From Anthoceros angustus (taxonomy: Eukaryota; Plantae; Anthocerotophyta), in the NCBI GenBank assembly GCA_010909165.1, contig MU008187.1:686247-750246 (forward strand): 64,000 bases of DNA. The letters are read 5' to 3'. This document shows positions 1-12,959 of the stretch, piece by piece; position 1 is the first letter of the stretch; each line of letters opens with the position of its first letter. Under the pieces are notes generated by a model, which saw nothing but the letters and a program-made list of their open reading frames with translations, was not told the origin of the DNA and made no database searches. The translations under genes and the position numbers were made by a program.

Positions 1-137
1 AACCACCCGGCAGTAGAGAATGCGCGCTTGCAGCCAGCTCGGCGCGGGCTGCCCAGCGAATGCTACAGCATATGCATCTGTAGTCTCCAAAAATGTGTCT
101 CGCTCGCTCGTGAAATGCTGCTGCAGCTACCTTCCCC

Positions 138-2025
138 TCATGTTCCCCAACTCATCACCAGGAGCAGCATGAGGCACATCAAGCCGGCGGCATGGCTGCT
201 GACCAGAGCTGAGCTGATGCCTGCGGACTTGCGAATATCCGGGACCCTGTTAACAACAACCCACAAGAAGCCAGTGTCAGGAGTATGTTAAGAACCCTTT
301 ATCCTGCAGTACTGGAGGTCATGAAGCAATGCTTACGATGATTGGTAGGTGCATCCTGGGTAGCCTGCACAAAAGCGCAAGAAGGATGGAAGAAGTTAGA
401 AGAGAAATTCCTGGTAGCAAGGAAGGAAGGAAGAAGGAAATCTGGGAATTTGTTGGTTACTTACTTGGGTCGTTGGTGGTGACGACGGCTGTGCCTCCGA
501 AATCGCAGGTTCCGCTCGCCGTGTGCTTCTTCTGGTAGTAGTCGTTGTAGGCATAGGAGGCGTGGTCGAAGACGGTGTCGGGGATGTAGCAGGGCTGGCC
601 GGGCTGGATGGCGGTGCAGTTGGCCTCGCCCTGGCCGCAAGCCCAATTGAGCCCAGGCAGTAGGGCCTGGTCGCCCACGGATCTCTTGGCGATGCACCAC
701 GTCCTGTTGGCGGTGACGTTGTACACCACCCCGTTCCCGGTGAGGTCGATGCTGTAGACGGCGCTCTGGTTGGGATAGAAGAAGCCCCAATTCCTGTTAG
801 ACGCCGCCCCCTGCTGGCCGTCCTCGTTGAAGAGCTCGTAGATGAAGGCCTGGATCTCCTGCCCGCGGCGAGCCGGGGTCCCTCCTCCCTTGATCACATG
901 CGTGACCAGGTTCTGGTTGTAGCTCTGGGCGTTCTGCACGCTGGCGCCGGCCTCGGTGGTGTCGCCCCGGCTCGGCCACCCCGTCTTGAGCACCACCACC
1001 CGCAGGTTGCTGAAGTTGGCAGCGCCCAGAGCCGCGTACACCGCGTCCAGCACGGCGTCGAAGACGTTGGCGTAGTGCAGGTTGGTGATGGTGTCGTTCA
1101 CGCCCACGTTGGGCAGGAAGAGGCAGTAGTCGAGCGGGATGGCGTTGGCGCCCTGCTGGAACAAGTAGAACGGCTGCAGGTTGAGCATGAAGTAGGAGCG
1201 CGTGTCGGAGAGGAACTGCAGCACCGGGTTGAGGTAGAGGGAGAGCAGCGTCTGGTTGAAGGCGCCCATGGAGGGCGGGAAGGAGTTGGTGAGGACGGCC
1301 GTGGAGTGCGGCGTGGAGATGGCGACCTGGGACGCCAGGCTGGCGTTCTTCAAAGCAGCGTAGAGGTTGTTCATGGCCGCCAGCACGAAGGTGTAGGCGT
1401 TGGAGCCGTCGGAGCGGGTGAAGACCTCCTCGCCCACCGCGATGGCCGTGATGTTCACCCCCGAGGTGATGTGGCGCACCACGTTGTTGTTGATCCAGGT
1501 GGTGGCCGCCACCGCGCTCTGCCCCAGCCCCTCCACCTCGCTGTTCTGCACCGAGATGACGAGCTGCAGCCCCGACCCCGCGAACGCCTCCACCTGCGTC
1601 GCGTCCGACCCGTACAGCCTCACGTGCCGCACCCCCAGATTCTTCAGCAGGAGGGCGGCCGCCGCGGGCGACGCCGAGGCATTTGGGTTGGCGAAGTTCG
1701 ACCCATAGCTCACCCCGATGTACCCCCCTGTAGAGCAGCAATGCAGCAAATTCCACACCACCCATCGTCAGCCAAAGCAGCTGCAAAGGCTCCCGACACC
1801 GAACACACACTGCCCACAACCAGCAAACCCAAACCCAAAGCCAAGCCAACAAGCAAGCAAGCCCACCACAGAAGCTGCACATGGAGACAGGAAGGTGGGC
1901 TGGCGGCAATTGCAGGCCCAGGGAGGGAGGGAGGAACCTGCTGGGAAGACGCAGAAGGCGGCGAGCGAGAGCAGCGCGAGGAGAGCTGCCGGAAACGCCC
2001 CTCCTGAGGGCCGCCTGATCACCAT
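138..2025 (-). CDS. Glucan endo-1,3-beta-glucosidase (GH17) with X8/CBM43 domain and GPI-anchor signal; exons ~1938-2025, 465-1727, 337-364, 138-246
   Basis: Signal-peptide exon MVIRRPSGGAFPAALLALLSL; GH17 motifs IGVSYG, IAVGEEV, (K)TGWPS, FIYELFNED, RNWGFF; X8 WCIAK...WACG...C..IQPGQPCY...CDFGG; hydrophobic C-tail; GT-AG sites join in frame. Confidence 0.92.
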
Positions 2026-5000
2026 CGGATTGCGTCTCCTCCTGCTTCCAGCTGCAGCGACTCGGGCTGCGTCTGGGCGGGAATTGGAGGCGGGGGGGAT
2101 TGGGAGCCAGGGCAGAGCAGGGGCAGGGCGGTGCAGGGGCAGGGCAGGAGCGGATTGGGGGAATCAGGGAAGCGAAACAGCAGGCGTAGGAGTAGGAGTA
2201 GGAGCAGGAGCAGGGGCAGGAGGAGCAACAAAAGGCCAGGGAAGGCAATGTGGCAGGCAGGAGATAAAGGAGGAGGCGGAGCGGCGGGAGGCGGCGGGAA
2301 AGGAATGAGGAATGGGGAATGGGCGATGCAATGCGCCTGGCTGGAGGCCGATCGGGGTGCAGATAACGGGAGGACACCGCGCGCGCTCAGCTCAGCTCGC
2401 AGCAGAGGCTACAAACAGCACAGAGCACACAGCGGGAAGTGCGCAGGTGAAGTTAACAAAGCGACACACGCTGGGACTGAGAGTCGGACTGGGACTGGGC
2501 CTGGCACTGGAACTGGGACTGAAACGGGCCGGGCCTTGCCTTGGCAGAAGACGCAGGCCAGCCCAGCCCAGCCCAGCCCGCATCCAGCAAAAGCTATGCC
2601 ATGTTTTTTCCCTGCCAGACTAGTGCCTAGGCTACTGTATCGCCCAAACGGCCTTTGTACCTCCGATCTAGCGCGGCCCGTAAACCCATCAACTGTTCCC
2701 TTCCCGATAGGCCCCCTTGTGTATGTGCTGACTCCGGCTGACATCCACAGAATGCTCCTCCTCAATTCTAGAGATCCGACGTGAGACCAGCACTGGCAGC
2801 ACCAGCGGCTGCAACAGGATAATAATAGTATCAAGAACTGGCCTGCTTGGGGAAACGGATAGCTAGTGCTCCAGCCACTGACATTTTTGGTTGTGTTTTT
2901 TTGTGATTGCGTGGAGGTGGCAGGTGCAAATATGATTCTGGGAGGGGAACTTTAAGCAAACAAGGCCTTGAAGAAAAGACAGCCTCAACGAGAAGAAGCC
3001 AAGAGTGGACAAAAGCATTGAGAGGAAACACACTCAAATTGAGCTTGGAGATGAATAGGGAGTTCGTGCCGGACTCCATCGATTGAGTTCTTTGAGTGAA
3101 TTCTTCAGGGAGAGTGCGCCGGACTTCCTCCAGTGAGTTGTTCCACACGAGAAGTTAGTAAAACCTTGAAAACCTCGGAGTGCAAGAAACAACATGTGGA
3201 AAGGGTGTCCTCAATGGGAACCCGCAGATAGATAGCAAAAGTCAAGAACTCAAACAGGCTTCCACTTATGTAACTGTTATATGTTATATGTTATATGTTA
3301 TATGTTTCAGGTGATGATAAGCAAGACTTCGTACATAAGTTGAATGTAATACGACAAAACAATAGTACATGTACACACGGTAGTGCACTTGTAATGCCCA
3401 CGTACTGTACATGAGTTGAGCCCGAATGTGCACGCTCGGCAAATCTCTCGTGCACAGGAGTACGCATAGCTCGCTTCTTGAGATTGGTTGTAAATAAATA
3501 TGAGAGAGCTGATGCACACGTGACCTTACGGCACATTTACGTGCGGATTTGGATCAGAGAGTGCACATGTGATGTTATACGGAGGCAGCGGATCGGACCA
3601 TTACTATGCAATGTCAGACACAATTTATGTACTATCTTATAATGCCCAATGTTGACACATGTGGCACATAGATATGTAATATTTGTCTCCTGTAGGTGAC
3701 GCATTGTCCTCTACCTCCATGGTTTGCAGGCAGTTTATTCTTCCCGCATATGACATTGTGGGTAGGGAGCTCACTTGCTCCTCTCCACCTCGACCCTCGG
3801 GGTCCCCTTTGGTTGTCCCTTCCCACATGGGCTCTTCCCATCATTTTTTCACCTCAATAAAATATTATATATTTATCTACTAATGCCTTGATTATCACTC
3901 TCTATCTCGCACACCAACTCCACCACCTCCTCATGTGCTTAACCTTGGGAGTCCCTGGAAAAGGTCTTATTAAGTTATGCATGACAGGCAGATAATATAA
4001 TTAAGTTCCAACGTCCGTTTGAATTGCGTAGCAATATTCGAGGCGGGAAGTCACCTACCCATGTATAATAAGTCGCAATTGCAGAAGTGGAATTGGGGAG
4101 GCGACGGTCCCGGCCTAGCCGTTGGGGCACCACGCGGCGCGAATGCTCCACTCCGATAGAGACCTGGAGTTAAGAAGCGGAAGCGTTTCGTACGCAGCCA
4201 GGGAGGGCGGGGTCCGCACGTCCAACGGTCACTCGCCAGTTGGGCAGTCGCAGCAGAATCTTCGCCAATTCTTTATGGGCAAGCCTCCAGTGCTCATCAA
4301 TGCGCTCTTCCCTAAATTGATATTTCACACTCGTTAACCTCCGTTCCGTTCCGACACACACTCCGTGTCAGACGAACCGTTGAGACCGCCATCTCCGTGG
4401 TTGACTCCTACTCCCCTCCGAGAGCTCCTCCGAGAGCTCTTCCGAGACCGAGAAAGAATGGGACTCCCTCTCACAGCCTCACAGCAGCCACGGGCTCGAT
4501 GCATCTCGACACTTCCCCGGGAAAACCAGTTCATACATGCATGCTCTAGGTCTGTTCAACAGAGTGAGATTTTCGCCTTCTACTACCTGGACATTTCCAG
4601 CCTTCCTCCGCCATCTCCAAGCTACCGTTCTATGTTTGGAGACGGACAAAGGCCAGCCCACGCCTAGGGGCGCTTCTGCGTGCAACTCCTGACGTGAGGC
4701 CTGCAATGGGAAAGGAAGTTGCATGTCCCCATAGCTTGGTAGCCCTGCCCTGTGCCCTGTGCCCTGTGCCCTGAGCCCTTTGCCGGTCAGTGGTAAAAGT
4801 ACGGTGATGGGGAACGAGGGTGTTTGTTTAATCATCCGAATCCTTACAGCCAGCTCCAGTTGTCTCGCCTAACCCCATGGGCCTCTGACACCAGCGCACA
4901 GGGCGGAAGGCTGGCTCAGGCAGGCCTCAGGGAAGGAATATTTGTTCTCGGAGCGGCCCTGCCCTGCCCTGCCCTCGCACACCACAGCCTAGCCTGCAGC

Positions 5001-5828
5001 CCTGCTCTGGCCCCTGCCCTGGACGCCCATGAATCCGGCCGGGCCCGGCAAGCGGGGGCAGGGAGCCGAAGAGTTGTTGCATCCTCGGCCAACGGCATCC
5101 TGCACTGCATCCCACAACAGGCTGCACGGCGCATTAAACGCGAAATGATAAAATTTGGGTGTCAGACCCAAAATCCATCACGGGGGATATGGAGTACGCT
5201 CGGAGACGGAGGCCAGCACTGATAGCGCCGTCGCCTCTGCCTCCTGCCAGCCAGTGCCCAGGGCCCAGGGCACCACCTCTCTTCTCATCAGGCCACAGGG
5301 ACTCCAGACTCCACAGCCACTCCAGCCCACCACCGTGGACCCCGACCCACTTCCATCACTTCTTGCTATACAATAGCTGCCTCATCAGGCTGGGATGCCA
5401 AGGTTGGCAACTTGGCAATCGAGAAGTCTGGAGTCTGGACACGGAAATCAGTGCCTTCTTTGCCGTCTCGTTTACCAAGCCACCACAAAACCCGATGAAG
5501 AAGCCATGATGAAGACGAGGCCATGATGCTGTAAAACAACCTTTCTGTCCACATTTTCACTCAACGGCTTCCAATTCAAGCCCACTGTGTCAGTCAGTCT
5601 TGGCCGCCGAACCACAATGCCACCACCAACTTCACCAACAACAGACCAACTCGCAGAAGCAGGCGCAAGTACCTGGAGCTGGCGTTGCCAGTGACAAATA
5701 GGTCTTGGCACAGCAGCGCGCACAAGTGGATGCAAGTGGCCGCGTACCATCAATAGTTCACCACTACTTATTAGACCCAATTACCTACACCTATCTAGGT
5801 ATACTGTCCAGTTACGAAACTGCTGCAT

Positions 5829-7313
5829 CTAAGGCCCAAAACTTGCATGCCATTGTTTGGGCAGATACTCTCCAAATATCGACTTCAGTAACTCTTTGTC
5901 CTTCTCTCCTAGTGGCTGCGCGCTGTATCCCCTAGCCACAGCCAGACGCGAAGCCCGACGACCATTCTCGGCACAGCGCTTCCTTTTCCTGGCAAGGATA
6001 GATGATGGTGTTTCTTCCTTTGTCTCAGCCGGGCCTGCGCCCTGATTAGCCTCATCTGTCCTAGTCCCCACAACAGAACCACCATCTGTGCTCTGCTCGC
6101 TGCCGGTGACCGCACGGGATTCAATCTCCCCTACGTTGCTGTTGCTGGACACAACATCAGCTTCCTTGCTGCCCCACCAACGATATGACGTGCGGCTTAA
6201 CCCAGAGGATGGAAATCCACTCCTAAACTCATCTAAGAAATTTGGAAACGAAACCTTGGGCTTGTGGGCCAGCGAAGTGGCAGCTGAAGCCATGGCCACG
6301 TGATCTCGGTGGGCTGGGATTGGGTTTACTGGCAATTGGGATGCAGAGCTTACGCCAGTCCACGACCCGAATTGACGATCTGGTATTGCTTGAGTCCTGC
6401 GAGGAAAGGGGGGAAATGGCAGATATGAGAAGCTCTGATAAGCTTGCTCCCAACCGGCTGCAACAAGAAGCTACAGCTCTGATTTTCATGCAGTCAACTT
6501 TTATCACCACAAGAAGCTGGCACACAATCCACACCAAAATGGCAAATCTGGAGAAACAGCAGAAGGGCAACGTACAGAGTTGGGGCAGAGGCCAACATAT
6601 AGTGAGGATCCGACAATTGCCCTAACTGCTTCTCTGCTGCAAGCTTGGCCTTAATATCCTCCGCTGCTTCTCGCCTGATGTCCTCAATCGACTTCCCAGC
6701 CATTATCTGCATACGTTCAACACGTCAGTAAGGCTTGAATGAAGCTACTCCCTACCAAATTTTATGCAACACCCTCTAGAAATCTCGGTTCTTTTGTCAA
6801 AAAAAAGTCATAGCCAAGCAGTAGCGACCAAAACCCTAAATTGCAGCTGGTGGAATGAACAGAACTCACTTTGCGATATGGCCATCTTGGTATGCCGTTG
6901 TCCCTGCAGATTCTCTTCAAGGTACTGCTGCAGACACCTGCGACCGACAGAGACGTCAAATGAGAAACAAACAAGGAATTCTTGATCAAACAGAGAATCG
7001 AAGGACCCCACCACACACCTGCGACCAACAGAGACGTCGAGAGAGAATCAAGCAAGAAATTCTGACTCACATCAAATCGACGCGCAAGCCAGGGTTAAGG
7101 AACCGAACAGCGGAGAGGAGAGGAGAGAGGAAGAAACCTCTCGAGAGGCCGGAGCTGTAAATCTTATATAGGTTAAGATAGGAAGAAACACCAACCGAGC
7201 TGGTAAGATGCCTCCGCAATGGGAAGTTTGAAAAACTTGGCCATATCGTCGAAGCTGATCTGCGTGGCTCCATTGCTTGAGGTGGAAACACTAGGCACGG
7301 CCTGCAGGGCCAT
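5829..7313 (-). CDS. RWP-RK domain transcription factor (RKD-like); exons ~7196-7313, 6870-6937, 6576-6706, 5829-6396
   Basis: Spliced translation ISFDDMAKFFKLPIAEASYQLGVCSSTLKRICRDNGIPRWPYRKIMAGKSIEDIRREA...FLDEFRSGFPSSGLSRTSYRWWG; intron phases are consistent. Confidence 0.88.
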
Positions 7314-10035
7314 CGTCGCCCGCAGCATTTTCCGAGTCACTCGTCCTTGCTCAAATCGACATGCGACGCAACGGGACGCGATGCGCGATTGCCCTGCGTA
7401 CTATGCACAATCTCACCGCCTCCTCACCTTCCTGCTAATCAAACGCGCACATTTCATGGCGCCACCTCCCACCGCCCGTTCCCTCACCGGCAGCGAGCAC
7501 TCGACTCCCGGTGGTGTACCGAAACCGCACAGTCCGCCGTTTGAGTTTTAAGTTTTCTTTCTCACTCTCTCTCTACGATACGGAATCCACATTTTGCATG
7601 TATTCTATTATATAGAAAACGTTTTTGAATATACATATGATTTATCATCGTATATATATCCAAAATATTTATGGGCGCGGTTTCACTTGTGCAAACGCGC
7701 ACTTAGCTGTTCGAGTTCTTCAATAATTTCTGAGGGTCTATTTTTTAGATCTAGCTCGAAAGACCCTCTACACACGGCTCATGCTGGTTTAGGGTTTTCA
7801 CATGGGAGCCATGTGTGAAATGTGGAGTTCCTTGGCCGTTTGCTTCATGATTGCATCAAGTTTGGGTTGAGCTCCTTGGGCGTTTGCGGCTCCTAGGTCG
7901 GAGGGTTTGAGCTCCTAGGTTGGAGGTCGAGCTAGGCCGGTTCCCTTGTTTGGCGGAAGGAAAGCAAATGCTACATTGTACAAAACATATAGAGCCTCAA
8001 AACTCATGAACATGGTCATATAACCATGGTTTCTCTGTAGTAGATGCGACATCAAAGGTCCTATTGCTAGTGTAAGGCATGAGCCGATGTAGCAACCGTC
8101 GTTGGACGCGGGATACTTCCATTTTCGTGGAGATGACAAGGTATAGGAGGTGAGTGAAAAACTTCATTTGCAACAAACATATTGGCATGCATGTCAATAT
8201 GTTAACGTGTAAACATATCGGAGGCCGGTCAAACTTGAACCATGCGAAGAGCGCTTATTAATGTCTGTCAAGTGTGGCTAACCCTCTCTTGGGCGGTGGA
8301 AACTTATGCGGTCACGCTTGGCCTTAATATCCTCCGCTGCTTCTCGCCTGATGTCCTCAATCGACTTCCCAGCCATTATCTGCATACGTTCAACACGTCA
8401 GTAAGGCTTGAATGAAGCTACTCCCTACCAAATTTTATGCAACACCCTCTAGAAATCTCGGTTCTTTTGTCAAAAAGTCATAGCCAAGCAGTAGCGACCA
8501 AAACCCTAAATTGCAGCTGGTGGAATGAACAGAACTCACTTTGCGATATGGCCATCTTGGTATGCCGTTGTCCCTGCAGATTCTCTTCAAGGTACTGCTG
8601 CAGACACCTGCGACCGACAGAGACGTCAAATGAGAAACAAACAAGGAATTCTTGATCAAACAGAGAATCGAAGGACCCCACCACACACCTGCGACCAACA
8701 GAGACGTCGAGAGAGAATCAAGCAAGAAATTCTGACTCACATCAAATCGACGCGCAAGCCAGGGTTAAGGAACCGAACAGCGGAGAGGAGAGGAGAGGAG
8801 AGGAAGAAACCTCTCGAGAGAGGCCGGAGCTGTAAATCTTATATAGGTTAAGATAGGGAAAGAAACACCAACCGAGCTGGTAAGATGCCTCCGCAATGGG
8901 AAGTTTGAAAAACTTGGCCATATCGTCGAAGCTGATCTGCGTGGCTCCATTGCTTGAGGTGGAAACACTAGGCACGGCCTGCAGGGCCATCGTCGCCCGC
9001 AGCATTTTTCCGAGTCACTCGTCCTTGCTCAAATCGACATGCGACGCAACGGGACGCGATGCGCGATTGCCCTGCGTACTATGCACAATCTCACCGCCTC
9101 CTCACCTTCCTGCTAATCAAACGCGCACATTTCATGGCGCCACCTCCCACCGCCCGTTCCCCTCACCGGCAGCGAGCACTCGACTCCCGGTGGTGTACCG
9201 AAACCGCACAGTCCGCCGTTTGAGTTTTAAGTTTTTCTTTCTCACTCTCTCTCTACGATACGGAATCCACATTTTGCATGTATTCTATTATATAGAAAAC
9301 GTTTTTTTGAATATACATATGATTTATCATCGTATATATATCCAAAATATTTATGGGCGCGGTTTCACTTGTGCAAACGCGCACTTAGCTGTTCGAGTTC
9401 TTCAATAATTTCTGAGGGTCTATTTTTTTAGATCTAGCTCCGAAAGACCCTCTACACACAGTGCTCATGCTGGTTTAGGGTTTTCACATGGGGAGCCATG
9501 TGTGAAATGTGGAGTTCCTTGGCCGTTTGCTTCATGATTGCATCAAGTTTGGGTTCAGAGCTCCTTGGGCGTTTGCAGCTCCTAGGTCGGAGGGTTTCGA
9601 GCTCCTAGGTTGGAGGGTCGGAGCTGCTAGGCCGGTTCCCTTGTTTGGCGGAAGGAAAGCAAATGCTACATTGTACAAAACATATAGAGCCTCAAAACTC
9701 ATGAACATGGTCATATAACCATGGTTTCTCACAACAGAGTAGATGCAGCACATCAAAGGTCCTATTGCTAGTGTAAGGCATGAGCCGATGTAGCAACCGT
9801 CGTTGGACGCGGGATACTTCCATTTTCGTGGAGATGACAAGGTATAGGAGGTGACTGAAAAACTTCATTTGCAACAAACATATTGGCATGCATGTCAATA
9901 TGTTAACGTGTAAACATATCGGAGGCCAGCAGTCCAAACTTGAACCATGCGAAGAGCGCTTATTAATGTCTGTTTCTGAAGTGTGGCTAACCCTCTCTTG
10001 GACAGGTGGAAACTTGTACGTGGCTGCGCTGGCCT
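6643..10035. repeat. Near-identical ~1.67-kb tandem duplication (6643-8315 / 8316-~10035) carrying the RWP-RK 5' exons and upstream DNA
   Basis: Identical ORFs recur ~1673 bp apart; the copies differ mostly by small indels. Confidence 0.9.
8316..8991 (-). pseudogene. 3'-truncated second copy of the RWP-RK gene (exons 1, 2 and part of 3)
   Basis: Same MALQAVPS...RWPYRK...IMAGKSIEDIRREAAEDIKAK sequence, cut off at the duplication junction. Confidence 0.75.
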
Positions 10036-11017
10036 CTCCTTCGCTTGGAAGATGTTGTTCATGTAGTACCCGGTATCCTAGAATTGTCTCCAAGCCTCCC
10101 CGATACAGAGACGTACTTGGTCCTCCTACATCATGTGTCAAGGCTTTGCTCATGTTGTCTCGTTCGCACTTGATGTTGTATGCAACTTTTGTCGGGGGGA
10201 ACAGGTCAACAGGGGGCTTGTGCTGTTTGAAGTGGTCAAACAACACTTGCAACTCTTGCCCTTGCTCCACCTGTGCCAACACATCAGCATGCAAACACGC
10301 TTGTCAGCATGACAACAAGTCAACAAGTTCATAAACAAGTTTACAGCTCACCATCAGCATCACCATCCTGGGCATCTTCTGCAACTCGAGGGCTCGAAGG
10401 GGATGCAGCATCCCCTCCGTCAAGGTCAAGTAGGACCTTTGATATGCTGCATCCGCTTTGTTGTGAGGAACCACGTCTATATGACCATATGCCATGAGTT
10501 TTGATGCTCTGTCCGTTTCTTACATTGTAGCATTTTCTTTCCTTCTGCCAAACAAGTTAACCGGCCTAGCTGCTTCGAACCTCCAACCTAGGAGGTCCAA
10601 ACGGCCTAAGAGCTCGGAACCCTCCGATGTAGGAGCTTCAAACGGCTTAGGAGCTCTAAACCCAAACTCGGTAATCAGCCATGGAACAAACAACCTAGGA
10701 ACGTTGGGTGTTTACACATGGCTCCCCATGTGAAACCGACATGAACACTATGTGAAAAGGGATTTTTTGGTTTGAGCTAGATCCAAAAGAAGAAACCCTA
10801 ACATGGCGGTTTCCAAGGAACCTAAATGGCTTAAGTGCGGGTTAAGTGAAACCGAGCCCAAAAATATTTTGGGTACACATACGATTATAGACCATACGTA
10901 CACATCAAAAATTACATATTCTATGCTACCTGGCACAAAAGATGGATTCCAAACTGTAGATGAATATCAGAGAAAAACTTAAAACTCAAATAGTGGGCGG
11001 TGCGTTTTCAACACACC
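9192..11017. mobile_element. Foldback/MULE-like non-autonomous element with ~570-bp diverged terminal inverted repeats (~9192-9770 and ~10430-11017)
   Basis: Colinear reverse-complement matches: ttgagttttaagttttt/aaaaacttaaaactcaa; tttcacatggggagccatgtgt/acacatggctccccatgtgaaa; atcaaaggtccta/taggacctttgat. No TSD found. Confidence 0.7.
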
Positions 11018-12959
11018 TTGTCATGTCCCTTTGTAAATTTGAACCTACATTTTTTCTCTTCCAGAACCATGCACTTCAAATATCTAAACAACCAGGGTTT
11101 TTAGTAGGACATGCCTTACTTTTAATCCTTCACGATCCAAAAAGAATATTATGTACTTAGGGCATGTGCAGGAATTGTTAGGTCAAAGATTCTTTAGCGT
11201 TTCTTATTGCCTCTAAATCTATATAGCCATGATACCCGTGCGAGTGTAGCCGGGCATCCAGGTATTGTAAACTAGTTATGGGGACTTGTAAGCTTTCACT
11301 CGAAGTGAGGCATTGAGATGTAAACAGGCATGTGAGTAGACCCATGCTCTACTCGATTTTAGTGACCTGATGCTCTTGCTCAGCATACACTGCGAGAATG
11401 AGATTGGTATGGTATGCACTTAGAATTGGGCCCACATTAAACGTCTCAAGATGCCGAAGGTCCTCATTACTTGTTCAAGGTTTTGATCACGATGAAAAAG
11501 GTGTGCAAAAAGGGTTGAAAATGCAACGAAAAACCCTTTGAAAAAATAAAAACAGAAAAGCACAAAAAATGCCAAAAGTTTTGTGGCAAGTGCGCAGATC
11601 TATGTAAGCACAATTGCCTCCAAAAAATGGTTTTTATATTTTTTTTCGTATATATTTTATTTTTTTCTCACTTTCCATGAGGAATGAACGGTGAACATGC
11701 AGAAATAGTGTATTGCTGACGGTTCTATAGAATATCTTCACCCTTCAAAATTGCACTACCCACTTATGGATGCAGCACACAAGGACTAAGTGGACATGCA
11801 AGCTGTGGTACCACGGATGTGAACACTTCATTTAAGTTAGAAAATACCCTTAAAAAACCCCCAAAAAATAGTCCAGGCGCGTTTTTGCGCAAAAAAATAC
11901 CAATTCTTAGCCATAACCCCTTTTTACCGGAAACATAGATCTACTAAGACATTTTTAAATAAGTAGTAGCATACTTTTAAGTTGATCGTGACGTCGGTTT
12001 CACATATCTTCACACACACACATACAAAGTGAGGATGGCCACAAAGGCTTATACACATGCATCACTCGTTTTTGTCCAGTATATGATAAAAAGGATGTGG
12101 CACATCGTCAGAATTTGTTAAAGTTTAAAATCAAATACATTCATACACGCATAAATAAGACCTAAATTCTTCTAAACGGCAATTTTCAGTGTAGATTTTC
12201 CAACGTGCAATTATGCGATTTGGGGTTTGGTGAAGTTCGTGCACAAAAGGGGGTTACTGGAAACCCATTTCTACTTAGGGGCTATTATCACAATCCTTTT
12301 ACGAGAAGACTTGTATCGCTCCTCAAGTGTTTTCATCCTATTAAGCTAGATTTGATGAATTATAGGCTCTCGAGCTTCTAATGCATATATTGGCTTACAG
12401 GCAAATGTCCAAATGGCTTAGGCCAAATGGACACACATTTATAAGAATGCCGTTTTAAGCATCGTGCGCTTCGATCGCTACCTAAATAGAGTGCCTGAAA
12501 GGAGTGGATGCCCTTAGTGCAAGTAGCTTAGGCACACCATGGTACAAGTTGTCCAAGTACCAAGTTCCATGGAAGGAAAATTCCGTCTAAGCGAACTAAA
12601 ATATAGTCGTCTTCTTCTTCTTCTTCTTCATTTCCAAAATGCTCTAGACCCTAATCCCTAATTAACGTATTATTTCAAGTAATATAATATGTAATAAAGT
12701 GTCAAATGATAAAGTATCATGCCAAAATATGTCATATACTTATCATTTGACGCTTACGCTTACACTTATAGTTACATTATAGTTAGGATTACAGTAACAC
12801 TAACCTTTGCCGCGGTCGACCTTTTAGCCTCGTTGCGCGTCGTTGCAAAGTTGCGGGTTCAGTTGCGGCCTCTGAGGCCCCGCACAATTTCAAAAAACCA
12901 CCGAAAAACTCTAAACAGGGTATGGCCCATGACATTCTGCCGGAGAACTTAGAGGTGAT

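Noticed and set aside
797-2377. Long 526-aa and 369-aa ORFs overlapping the glucanase
   Set aside because: Shadow frames of GC3-rich coding DNA with no motifs
4100-5560. Several short ORFs between the glucanase and RWP-RK genes
   Set aside because: No coherent splice model or recognisable domain
11235-11276. Helitron-like 3' end (cccgtg...cggg...ctagt); a similar one at ~17673-17724
   Set aside because: Hairpins are imperfect, no 5' end or RepHel is identified, and the second CTAG belongs to the CACTA-like TIR
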